Part shown: one piece after another, positions 13,496-25,700 of the stretch
How positions within the stretch are numbered: position 1 is the first letter of the stretch
How the letters are laid out: each line of letters begins with the position of its first letter
NCBI GenBank assembly: GCA_964016885.1
Contig: OZ024741.1
Location: 260,772,001-260,836,000, forward strand
Length of the DNA: 64,000 nucleotides
Direction of reading: 5' to 3'
Source: Eledone cirrhosa
Lineage: Eukaryota
Made by a program: the position numbers and the translations under genes
The notes under the pieces: generated by a model
Database searches by the model: none
Seen by the model: the letters and a program-made list of their open reading frames with translations, nothing else
What the model was told of the DNA's origin: nothing

Positions 13496-15713
13496 TTACG
13501 AGTGTTTCGACTTACGAGTGTTTCGACATACGAGTGTTTCGACTTCCGAATGTTTTTGCTTACGGGTGTTTCGACTTACGAATGTTTCGGCTTACGAGTG
13601 TTTCGGCTTACGAGTGTTCCGACTTAGGAGTGTTTCGGCTTACGAGTGTTTCCGGCTTACGAGTGTTTCGACTTACGAGTGTTTCGACTTTCGAGTGTTT
13701 TGACTTACGGTGTTTCGGCTTACGAGTGATTCGACTTACGAGTGTTTTGACTTACGGGTGTTTTGACTTACGGGTGTTGTGAATTACCAGTGTTCTGATT
13801 TACGAGTATTTTGACTTACGGTGATTCGGCTTGCGAGTGTTTCGACTCACGAGTGTTTCGGCTTATGAGTGTTTCGACTTACTAATGTTTTTACTTACGA
13901 GTGTTTCGGCGTTCGAGTGTTTTGCCTTACGAGTGTTTCGACTTAAGAGTGTTTTGACTTACGAATGTTTTGACTTACGGGTGTTTCGGCTTATGAGTGT
14001 TTCGACTTACGAGTGTTTCGACTTACGAGTGTTTCGACTTACGAGTGTTCTGACTTACGAGTGTTCTGACTTACGAATGTTTCGACTTACGAGTGTTTCA
14101 GTTTACGAGTGTTTCGACATACGAGTGTTTTGACTTACGGGTGTTTCGACTACGGGTGTTTCGAATTACGAGTGTTTCGGCTTACGAGTGTTTCGACTTA
14201 CTAATGTTTTTACTTACGAGTGTTTCGGTGTACGAATGTTTTGACTTAAGGATGTTTCGACTTACGAGTGTTTCGACTTACGAGTGTTTCGGCTTACGTG
14301 AGTTTCGACTTAAGAGTGTTCTGATTTACGAGTGTTCTGACTTGCGGGTGTTCTGATTTAAGAGTGTTCCGACTTACGAGTGTTTCGGCTTATGAGTGTT
14401 TCGACTTACGAGTGTTTCGGCTTACGAGTGTTTCGACTTATGGGTGTTTCGACTTACGAGTGTTTTTACTTACGGTGTTTCGGCTTACGAGTGTTTCGAC
14501 ATACGAGTGTTTTGACTTACGGGTGTTTCGACTTACGAGTGTTTTGACTTACGAATGTTTTGACTTACGGGTGTTTCGGCTTACGAGTGTTTCGACTTAC
14601 GAGTGTTTCGGCTTACGAGTGTTTCGACTTACGGGTGTTTCGGCTTATGAGTGTTTCGACTTACGAGTCTTTCGGCTTACGATTGTTTCGACTTACTAAT
14701 GTTTATACTTACGACTGTTTCGGCGTACGAGTGTTTCGACTTACGAGTGTTTCGGCTTACGAGTGTTTCGACTTACGATTGTTTGGCTTACGAATGTTTC
14801 GACTTACGAGTGTTTCGACTTACGAGAGTTTTGACTTACGGTGTTTCGGCTTACGAGTGTTTCGACTTACGAGTGTTTTGACTTACGGGTGTTTTGACAT
14901 ACGAGTGTTTCGATACGAGTGTTCTGACTTACGAGTGTTCTGACTTACGAGTGTTCTGACTTACGGGTGTTCTGACTTACGAGTGTTCCGGCTTACGAGT
15001 GTTTCGGCTTATGAGGGTTTCGACTTACGAGTGCTTCGGCTTACGAGTGTTTCGACTTACGAGTGTTTCGGATACGAGTGTTTCGACTTACGAATGTTTT
15101 GGCTTACGAGTGTTTCGGCTTACGAGTGTTTCGACTTACGAGTGTTTCGACTTACGAGTGTTTTGACTTACGGTGTTTCGGCTTACGAGTGTTTCGACAT
15201 ACGAGTGTTTTGACGTACTGGTGTTTCGACTTACGGGTGTTTCGACTTAAGAGTGTTTCGACTTACGAGCGCTTCGACTTACGAGCGTTTCGGCTTACGA
15301 GTGTTTCGGCGTATGAGTGTTTCGACTTACGAGTCTTTCGGCTTACGAGTGTTTCGACTTACTAATGTTTTTACTTACGAGTGTTTCGGCGTACGAGTGT
15401 TTCGACTTACGAGTGTTTCGACTAACGGGTGTTTTGACTTACGGGTGTTTCGGCTTACGAGTGTTTCGACTTACGATTGTTTGGCTTACGAATGTTTCGG
15501 CTTACGAGTGTTTCGACTTACGAGAGTTTTGACTTACGGTGTTTCGGCTTACGAGTGTTTCGACTTACGAGTGTTTTGACTTACGGGTGTTTTGACATAC
15601 GAGTGTTTCGATACGAGTGTTCTGACTTACGAGTGTTCTGACTTACGAGTGTTCCGACTTTACGAGTGTTTCGGCTCACGAGTGTTTCGGCTTACGAGTG
15701 TTTCGACTTACGA

Positions 15714-15790
15714 AAATAACAAATAGACGCGGTTTCAAATCTCTATGATTTTTAAATTCATTACATTAATCTTTATTTATACGTTTCGCT
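15714..15790. repeat. 77-bp AT-rich interruption, copy 6 (ATGATTTTTAAA variant)
   Basis: Read directly; carries a C>T change shared only with copy 7. Confidence 0.95.
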
Positions 15791-18700
15791 TTACGAGTGT
15801 TTCGACTTACGAGTGTTTCGACATACGAGTGTTTCGACTTCCGAATGTTTTTGCTTACGGGTGTTTCGACTTACGAATGTTTCGGCTTACGAGTGTTTCG
15901 GCTTACGAGTGTTCCGACTTAGGAGTGTTTCGGCTTACGAGTGTTTCCGGCTTACGAGTGTTTCGACTTACGAGTGTTTCGACTTTCGAGTGTTTTGACT
16001 TACGGTGTTTCGGCTTACGAGTGATTCGACTTACGAGTGTTTTGACTAACGGGTGTTTTGACTTACGGGTGTTGTGAATTACCAGTGTTCCGATTTACGA
16101 GTATTTTGACTTACGGTGTTTCGGCTTGCGAGTGTTTCGACTCACGAGTGTTTCGGCTTATGAGTGTTTCGACTTACTAATGTTTTTACTTACGAGTGTT
16201 TCGGCGTTCGAGTGTTTTGCCTTACGAGTGTTTCGACTTAAGAGTGTTTTGACTTACGAATGTTTTGACTTACGGGTGTTTCGGCTTATGAGTGTTTCGA
16301 CTTACGAGTGTTTCGACTTACGAGTGTTTCGACTTACGAGTGTTCTGACTTACGAGTGTTCTGACTTACGAATGTTCCGACTTACGAGTGTTTCAGTTTA
16401 CGAGTGTTTCGACATACGAGTGTTTTGACTTACGGGTGTTTCGACTACGGGTGTTTCGAATTACGAGTGTTTCGGCTTACGAGTGTTTCGACTTACTAAT
16501 GTTTTTACTTACGAGTGTTTCGGTGTACGAATGTTTTGACTTAAGGATGTTTCGACTTACGAGTGTTTCGACTTACGAGTGTTTCGGCTTACGTGAGTTT
16601 CGACTTAAGAGTGTTCTGATTTACGAGTGTTCTGACTTGCGGGTGTTCTGATTTACGAGTGTTCCGACTTACGAGTGTTTCGGCTTATGAGTGTTTCGAC
16701 TTACGAGTGTTTCGGCTTACGAGTGTTTCGACTTATGGGTGTTTCGACTTACGAGTGTTTTTACTTACGGTGTTTCGGCTTACGAGTGTTTCGACATACG
16801 AGTGTTTTGACTTACGGGTGTTTCGACTTACGAGTGTTTTGACTTACGAATGTTTTGACTTACGGGTGTTTCGGCTTACGAGTGTTTCGACTTACGAGTG
16901 TTTCGGCTTACGAGTGTTTCGACTTACTAATGTTTTTACTTACGAGTGTTTCGGCGTACGAGAGTTTTGACTTACGAGTGTTTCGACTTACGGGTGTTTT
17001 GACTTACGGGTGTTTCGGCTTACGAGTGTTTCGACTTACGATTGTTTGGCTTACGAATGTTTCGACTTACGAGTGTTTCGACTTACGAGAGTTTTGACTT
17101 ACGGTGTTTCGGCTTACGAGTGTTTCGACTTACGAGTGTTTTGACTTACGGGTGTTTTGACATACGAGTGTTTCGATACGAGTGTTCTGACTTACGAGTG
17201 TTCTGACTTACGAGTGTTTCGACTTACGAGTGTTTTGACTTACGGGTGTTTTGACATACGAGTGTTTCGATACGAGTGTTCTGACTTACGAGTGTTCTGA
17301 CTTACGAGTGTTCTGACTTACGGGTGTTCTGACTTACGAGTGTTCCGGCTTACGAGTGTTTCGGCTTATGAGGGTTTCGACTTACGAGTGCTTCGGCTTA
17401 CGAGTGTTTCGACTTACGAGTGTTTCGGATACGAGTGTTTCGACTTACGAATGTTTTGGCTTACGAGTGTTTCGGCTTACGAGTGTTTCGACTTACGAGT
17501 GTTTCGACTTACGAGTGTTTTGACTTACGGTGTTTCGGCTTACGAGTGTTTCGACATACGAGTGTTTTGACGTACGGGTGTTTCGACTTACGGGTGTTTC
17601 GACTTAAGAGTGTTTCGACTTACGAGCGCTTCGACTTACGAGTGTTTCGGCTTACGAGTGTTTCGGCGTATGAGTGTTTCGACTTACGAGTCTTTCGGCT
17701 TACGAGTGTTTCGACTTACTAATGTTTTTACTTACGAGTGTTTCGGCGTACGAGTGTTTCGACTTACGAGTGTTTCGACTTACGGGTGTTTTGACTTACG
17801 GGTGTTTCGGCTTACGAGTGTTTCGACTTACGATTGTTTGGCTTACGAATGTTTCGGCTTACGAGTGTTTCGACTTACGAGAGTTTTGACTTACGAGTGT
17901 TCTGACTTACGAGTGTTCTGACTTACGAATGTTTCGACTTACGAGTGTTTCAGTTTACGAGTGTTTCGACATACGAGTGTTTTGACTTACGGGTGTTTCG
18001 GCTTATGAGTGTTTCGACTTACGAGTGTTTCGACTTACGAGTGTTTCGACTTACGAGTGTTCTGACTTACGAGTGTTCTGACTTACGAATGTTTCGACTT
18101 ACGAGTGTTTCAGTTTACGAGTGTTTCGACATACGAGTGTTTTGACTTACGGGTGTTTCGACTACGGGTGTTTCGAATTACGAGTGTTTCGGCTTACGAG
18201 TGTTTCGACTTACTAATGTTTTTACTTACGAGTGTTTCGGTGTACGAATGTTTTGACTTAAGGATGTTTCGACTTACGAGTGTTTCGACTTACGAGTGTT
18301 TCGGCTTACGTGAGTTTCGACTTAAGAGTGTTCTGATTTACGAGTGTTCTGACTTGCGGGTGTTCTGATTTAAGAGTGTTCCGACTTACGAGTGTTTCGG
18401 CTTATGAGTGTTTCGACTTACGAGTGTTTCGGCTTACGAGTGTTTCGACTTATGGGTGTTTCGACTTACGAGTGTTTTTACTTACGGTGTTTCGGCTTAC
18501 GAGTGTTTCGACATACGAGTGTTTTGACTTACGGGTGTTTCGACTTACGAGTGTTTTGACTTACGAATGTTTTGACTTACGGGTGTTTCGGCTTACGAGT
18601 GTTTCGACTTACGAGTGTTTCGGCTTACGAGTGTTTCGACTTACGGGTGTTTCGGCTTATGAGTGTTTCGACTTACGAGTCTTTCGGCTTACGATTGTTT

Positions 18701-19661
18701 CGACTTACTAATGTTTATACTTACGACTGTTTCGGCGTACGAGTGTTTCGACTTACGAGTGTTTCGGCTTACGAGTGTTTCGACTTACGATTGTTTGGCT
18801 TACGAATGTTTCGACTTACGAGTGTTTCGACTTACGAGAGTTTTGACTTACGGTGTTTCGGCTTACGAGTGTTTCGACTTACGAGTGTTTTGACTTACGG
18901 GTGTTTTGACATACGAGTGTTTCGATACGAGTGTTCTGACTTACGAGTGTTCTGACTTACGAGTGTTCTGACTTACGGGTGTTCTGACTTACGAGTGTTC
19001 CGGCTTACGAGTGTTTCGGCTTATGAGGGTTTCGACTTACGAGTGCTTCGGCTTACGAGTGTTTCGACTTACGAGTGTTTCGGATACGAGTGTTTCGACT
19101 TACGAATGTTTTGACTTACGGTGTTTCGGCTTACGAGTGTTTCGACATACGAGTGTTTTGACGTACTGGTGTTTCGACTTACGGGTGTTTCGACTTAAGA
19201 GTGTTTCGACTTACGAGCGCTTCGACTTACGAGCGTTTCGGCTTACGAGTGTTTCGGCGTATGAGTGTTTCGACTTACGAGTCTTTCGGCTTACGAGTGT
19301 TTCGACTTACTAATGTTTTTACTTACGAGTGTTTCGGCGTACGAGTGTTTCGACTTACGAGTGTTTCGACTAACGGGTGTTTTGACTTACGGGTGTTTCG
19401 GCTTACGAGTGTTTCGACTTACGATTGTTTGGCTTACGAATGTTTCGGCTTACGAGTGTTTCGACTTACGAGAGTTTTGACTTACGGTGTTTCGGCTTAC
19501 GAGTGTTTCGACTTACGAGTGTTTTGACTTACGGGTGTTTTGACATACGAGTGTTTCGATACGAGTGTTCTGACTTACGAGTGTTCTGACTTACGAGTGT
19601 TCCGACTTTACGAGTGTTTCGGCTCACGAGTGTTTCGGCTTACGAGTGTTTCGACTTACGA

Positions 19662-19738
19662 AAATAACAAATAGACGCGGTTTCAAATCTCTATGATTTT
19701 TAAATTCATTACATTAATCTTTATTTATACGTTTCGCT
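19662..19738. repeat. 77-bp AT-rich interruption, copy 7 (ATGATTTTTAAA variant)
   Basis: Read directly; 3948 bp after copy 6 and shares its C>T change. Confidence 0.95.
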
Positions 19739-22700
19739 TTACGAGTGTTTCGACTTACGAGTGTTTCGACATACGAGTGTTTCGACTTCCGAATGTTTTT
19801 GCTTACGGGTGTTTCGACTTACGAATGTTTCGGCTTACGAGTGTTTCGGCTTACGAGTGTTCCGACTTAGGAGTGTTTCGGCTTACGAGTGTTTCCGGCT
19901 TACGAGTGTTTCGACTTACGAGTGTTTCGACTTTCGAGTGTTTTGACTTACGGTGTTTCGGCTTACGAGTGATTCGACTTACGAGTGTTTTGACTAACGG
20001 GTGTTTTGACTTACGGGTGTTGTGAATTACCAGTGTTCCGATTTACGAGTATTTTGACTTACGGTGTTTCGGCTTGCGAGTGTTTCGACTCACGAGTGTT
20101 TCGGCTTATGAGTGTTTCGACTTACTAATGTTTTTACTTACGAGTGTTTCGGCGTTCGAGTGTTTTGCCTTACGAGTGTTTCGACTTAAGAGTGTTTTGA
20201 CTTACGAATGTTTTGACTTACGGGTGTTTCGGCTTATGAGTGTTTCGACTTACGAGTGTTTCGACTTACGAGTGTTTCGACTTACGAGTGTTCTGACTTA
20301 CGAGTGTTCTGACTTACGAATGTTCCGACTTACGAGTGTTTCAGTTTACGAGTGTTTCGACATACGAGTGTTTTGACTTACGGGTGTTTCGACTACGGGT
20401 GTTTCGAATTACGAGTGTTTCGGCTTACGAGTGTTTCGACTTACTAATGTTTTTACTTACGAGTGTTTCGGTGTACGAATGTTTTGACTTAAGGATGTTT
20501 CGACTTACGAGTGTTTCGACTTACGAGTGTTTCGGCTTACGTGAGTTTCGACTTAAGAGTGTTCTGATTTACGAGTGTTCTGACTTGCGGGTGTTCTGAT
20601 TTACGAGTGTTCCGACTTACGAGTGTTTCGGCTTATGAGTGTTTCGACTTACGAGTGTTTCGGCTTACGAGTGTTTCGACTTATGGGTGTTTCGACTTAC
20701 GAGTGTTTTTACTTACGGTGTTTCGGCTTACGAGTGTTTCGACATACGAGTGTTTTGACTTACGGGTGTTTCGACTTACGAGTGTTTTGACTTACGAATG
20801 TTTTGACTTACGGGTGTTTCGGCTTACGAGTGTTTCGACTTACGAGTGTTTCGGCTTACGAGTGTTTCGACTTACTAATGTTTTTACTTACGAGTGTTTC
20901 GGCGTACGAGAGTTTTGACTTACGAGTGTTTCGACTTACGGGTGTTTTGACTTACGGGTGTTTCGGCTTACGAGTGTTTCGACTTACGATTGTTTGGCTT
21001 ACGAATGTTTCGACTTACGAGTGTTTCGACTTACGAGAGTTTTGACTTACGGTGTTTCGGCTTACGAGTGTTTCGACTTACGAGTGTTTTGACTTACGGG
21101 TGTTTTGACATACGAGTGTTTCGATACGAGTGTTCTGACTTACGAGTGTTCTGACTTACGAGTGTTTCGACTTACGAGTGTTTTGACTTACGGGTGTTTT
21201 GACATACGAGTGTTTCGATACGAGTGTTCTGACTTACGAGTGTTCTGACTTACGAGTGTTCTGACTTACGGGTGTTCTGACTTACGAGTGTTCCGGCTTA
21301 CGAGTGTTTCGGCTTATGAGGGTTTCGACTTACGAGTGCTTCGGCTTACGAGTGTTTCGACTTACGAGTGTTTCGGATACGAGTGTTTCGACTTACGAAT
21401 GTTTTGGCTTACGAGTGTTTCGGCTTACGAGTGTTTCGACTTACGAGTGTTTCGACTTACGAGTGTTTTGACTTACGGTGTTTCGGCTTACGAGTGTTTC
21501 GACATACGAGTGTTTTGACGTACGGGTGTTTCGACTTACGGGTGTTTCGACTTAAGAGTGTTTCGACTTACGAGCGCTTCGACTTACGAGTGTTTCGGCT
21601 TACGAGTGTTTCGGCGTATGAGTGTTTCGACTTACGAGTCTTTCGGCTTACGAGTGTTTCGACTTACTAATGTTTTTACTTACGAGTGTTTCGGCGTACG
21701 AGTGTTTCGACTTACGAGTGTTTCGACTTACGGGTGTTTTGACTTACGGGTGTTTCGGCTTACGAGTGTTTCGACTTACGATTGTTTGGCTTACGAATGT
21801 TTCGGCTTACGAGTGTTTCGACTTACGAGAGTTTTGACTTACGGTGTTTCGGCTTACGAGTGTTTCGACTTACGAGTGTTTTGACTTACGGGTGTTTTGA
21901 CATACAAGTGTTTCGATACGAGTGTTCTGACTTACGAGTGTTCTGACTTACGAGTGTTCTGACTTACGGGTGTTCTGACTTACGAGTGTTCCGACTTACG
22001 AGTGTTTCGGCTTATGAGGGTTTCGACTTACGAGTGCTTCGGCTTACGAGTGTTTCGACTTACGAGTGTTTCGGCTTACGAGTGTTTCGACTTACGAATG
22101 TTTTGGCTTACGAGTGTTTCGGCTTACGAGTGTTTCGACTTACGAGTGTTTCGACTTACGAGCGTTTTGACTTACGGTGTTTCGGCTTACGAGTGTTTCG
22201 ACATACGAGTGTTTTGACGTACGGGTGTTTCGACTTACGGGTGTTTCGACTTAAGAGTGTTTCGACTTACGAGCGCTTCGACTTACGAGTGTTTCGGCTT
22301 ACGAGTGTTTCGGCGTATGAGTGTTTTGACTTACGAGTGTTTCGACTTACGAGTGTTTCGACTTACGAGTGTTTCGACTTACGAGTGTTTCGACTTACGA
22401 GTGTTTTGACTTACGAGTGTTTTGACTAACGGTGTTTCTGCTTACGAGTGTTTCGACTTACGAGTGTTATGACTTACGGGTGTTTTGACATACGAGTGTT
22501 TCGATACGAGTGTTTCGACTTACGAGTGTTACGAGTGTTCTGACTTACGAGTGTTTCGACTTACGAGTGTTCTGACCTACGAGTGTTCTGACTTACGAGT
22601 GTTTCGACTTACGAGTGTTTTGACTTACGGGGGTTTCGACTTACGAGTGTTTCGAGTTACGAGTGTTTCGAGTTACGAGTGTTTCGACTTACGAGTGTTT

Positions 22701-25700
22701 TTACTTACGAATGTTCTGACTTACGGGTGTTTCGGCTTACGAGTGTTTCGACTTACGAGTGTTTTAACTTACGGGTGTTTCTACTTACGCGTGTTTCGAC
22801 TTGCAAGTGTTTCGACTTACGAGTGTTTCGACCTGCAAGTGTTTCGACTTACGAGTGTTTCGACTACGAATGTTCCGACTTACGAGTGTTTCGACTTACG
22901 AGTGTTTCGGCTTACGAGTGTTCTGACTTACGGGTGTTCCGACTTACGAGTGTTTCGTCTTACGATTGTTGTGACTTACGATTGTTTTGACTTACGGGTG
23001 TTTCGACTTACGGGTGTTTCGACGTAAGAGTGTTTCGACTTACGAGCGCTTCGACTTACGAGTGTTTCGACTTACGAGTGCTTTGCCTTACGAATGTTTT
23101 GAATTACTTCGACTTACGGGTGTTCTGACTTACGAGTGTTCCGACTCACGAGTGTTTCGGCGTATGAGTGTTTCGACTTACGGGCGTTTCGACTTACGGG
23201 TGTTTCGACTTACGTGTGTTTTGACTTACGAGTGTTCTGACTTACTAGTGTTCCGACTTACGACTGTTTCGACTTACGAGTGTTTTGACTTACGAGTGTT
23301 CCGACTTACGAGTGTTTCGGCTTACGGGTGTTTCGACGTACGAGTATTTTTGGCTTACGAGTGTTTCGACTTACGAGTGTTTTGAATTACGATTGTTTCG
23401 GCTTACGAGTGTTTCGACTTACGAGTATTTCGACTTACGAGTTTTTTTACTTACGGTGTTTCGGCTTACGAGTGTTTCGACTTACGAGTGTTTTGACTTA
23501 CGGGTGTTTTGACATACGAGTGTTTCGATACGAGTGCTCTGACTTACGAGTGTTCTGACTTACGAGTGTTCTGAATTACGAGTGTTCTGACTTACGAGTG
23601 TTTCGGCTTACGAATGTTTCGACTGACGAATGTTTTGGCTTACGAGTGTTTCGGCTTACGGGAGTTTCGACTTACGAGTGTTTCGACTTACGAATGTTTT
23701 GGCTTACGAGTGTTTCGGCTTACGAATGTTTCGACTTACGAATGTTTTGGCTTACGAGTGTTTCGGCTTACGGGTGTTTCGACTTACGAGTGTTTCGACT
23801 TACGAGTGTTTTGACTTACGGTGTTTCGGCTTACAATTTATTCGACATACGAGTGTTTCGACTTACGGGTGTTTCGACTTACGGGTGTTTCGACTTACGA
23901 GTGTTTCGACTTATGAGTGTTTCGACTTACGAGTGTTCTGACTTACGAGTGTTCTGACTAACGAGTGTTCCGACTTACGAGTGTTTCGGTTTACGAGTGA
24001 TTCGACATACGAGTGTTTTGACTTACGGGTGATTCGACTTACGGGTGTTTCGACTTACGAGTGTTTCGGCTTACGAGTGTTTCGACATACTAATGTTTTT
24101 ACTTACGAGTGTTTCGGTGTACGAGTGTTTCGACTTAAGGATGTTTCGACTTACGAGTGTTTCGACTTACGTGTGTTTCGGCTTACGTGAGTTTCGACTT
24201 AAGAGTGTTCTGATTTACGAGTGTTCTGACTTGCGGGTGTTCTGATTTACGAGTGTTCCGACTTACGAGTGTTTCGGCTTATGAGTGTTTCGACTTACGA
24301 GTGTTTCGGCTTACGAGTGTTTCGACTTATGGGTGTTTTGACTTACGAGTGTTTTTACTTACGGTGTTTCGGCTTACGAGTGTTTCGACATACGAGTGTT
24401 CAGACTTACGAGTGTTCCGACTTACGAGCGTTCCGACTTACGAGTGTTTCGACTTACGAGTGTTAAGACTTACGGGTGTTTTGACATACGAGTGTTTCGA
24501 TACGAGTGTTCTGACTTACGAGTGTTCTGACTTACGAGTGTTTTGACTTACGAGTGTTCTGACTTACGAGTGTTCCGACTTACGAGTGTTCCGACTTACG
24601 AGTGTTTCGGCTTACGAGTGTTTCCGGCTTACGAGTGTTTCGACTTACGAGTGTTTTGACTTACGGTGTTTCGGCTTACGAGTCATTCAACTTACGAGTG
24701 TTTTGACTTACGGGTGTTTTGACTTACGGGTGTGGTGAATTACGAGTGTTCCGATTTACGAGTGTTTTGAGTTACGGTGTTTCGGCTTACGAGTGATTCG
24801 ACTTACGAATGTTTTGACTTACGGGTGTTTCGGCTTGCGAGTGTTTCGACTTACGAGTGTTTCGGCTTATGAGTGTTTCGACTTACTAATGTTTTTACTT
24901 ACGAGTGTTCTGACTTACGAGGGTTCCGACTTAAGAGTGTTCCGACTTACGTGTGTTTTGACTTAAGGGTGTTTCGACTTACAAGTGTTTCGACTTACGA
25001 GTGTTTCGACTTACGAGTGTTCTGACTTACGAGTGTTCTGATTTACGGATGTTTAGACATACGAGTGTTTCGACTTACGAGTGTTTCGACTTACGAGTGT
25101 TTTGACTTACGGGTGTTTTGACATACGAGTGTTTCGATACGAGTGTTTCGACTTACGAGTGTTTTGACTTACGGTGTTTCGGCTTACGAGTGATTCGAGT
25201 TACGAATGTTTTGACTTACGGGTGTTTCGGCTTGCGAGTGTTTCGACTTACGAGTGTTTCGGCTTATGGGTGTTTCGACTTACTAATGTTTTTACTTACG
25301 AGTGTTTCGGCGTACGAGTGTTTTGACTTACGAGTGTTTCGACTTACGAGTGTTTCGACTTACGAGTGTTTCGGCTTACGTGAGTTTCGACTTAAGTGTG
25401 TTCTGATTTACGAGTGTTCTGACTTGCGGGTGTTCTGATTTACGAGTGTTCCGACTTACGAGTGTTTCGGCTTATGAGTGTTTCGACTTACGAGTGTTTC
25501 GGCTTACGAGTGTTTCGACTTATGGGTGTTTCGACTTACGAGTGTTTTTACTTACGGTGTTTCGGCTTACGAGTGTTTCGACATACGAGTGTTTTGACTT
25601 ACGGGTGTTTCGACTTACGAGTGTTTTGACTTACGAATGTTTTGACTTACGGGTGTTTCGGCTTACGAGTGTTTCGACTTACGAGTGTTTCGGATTACGA

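Larger units (their letters stand above)
11260..14930 (+). repeat. 1834-bp tandem duplication containing one interruption per unit (boundaries approximate)
   Basis: Identical ORF pairs 11315/13149, 11616/13450, 11997/13831, 12530/14364 and 12726/14560, all at offset 1834. Confidence 0.9.
13980..21840 (+). repeat. ~3.95-4.0 kb tandem duplication (offset 4012 then 3948; boundaries approximate)
   Basis: ORF pairs 14093/18105 and 14364/18376 at offset 4012; 15253/19201, 15745/19693 and 17340/21288 at offset 3948. The 64-bp difference equals four monomers lost near 19100. Both units share GACGTACTGG and the interruption C>T variant. Confidence 0.88.
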
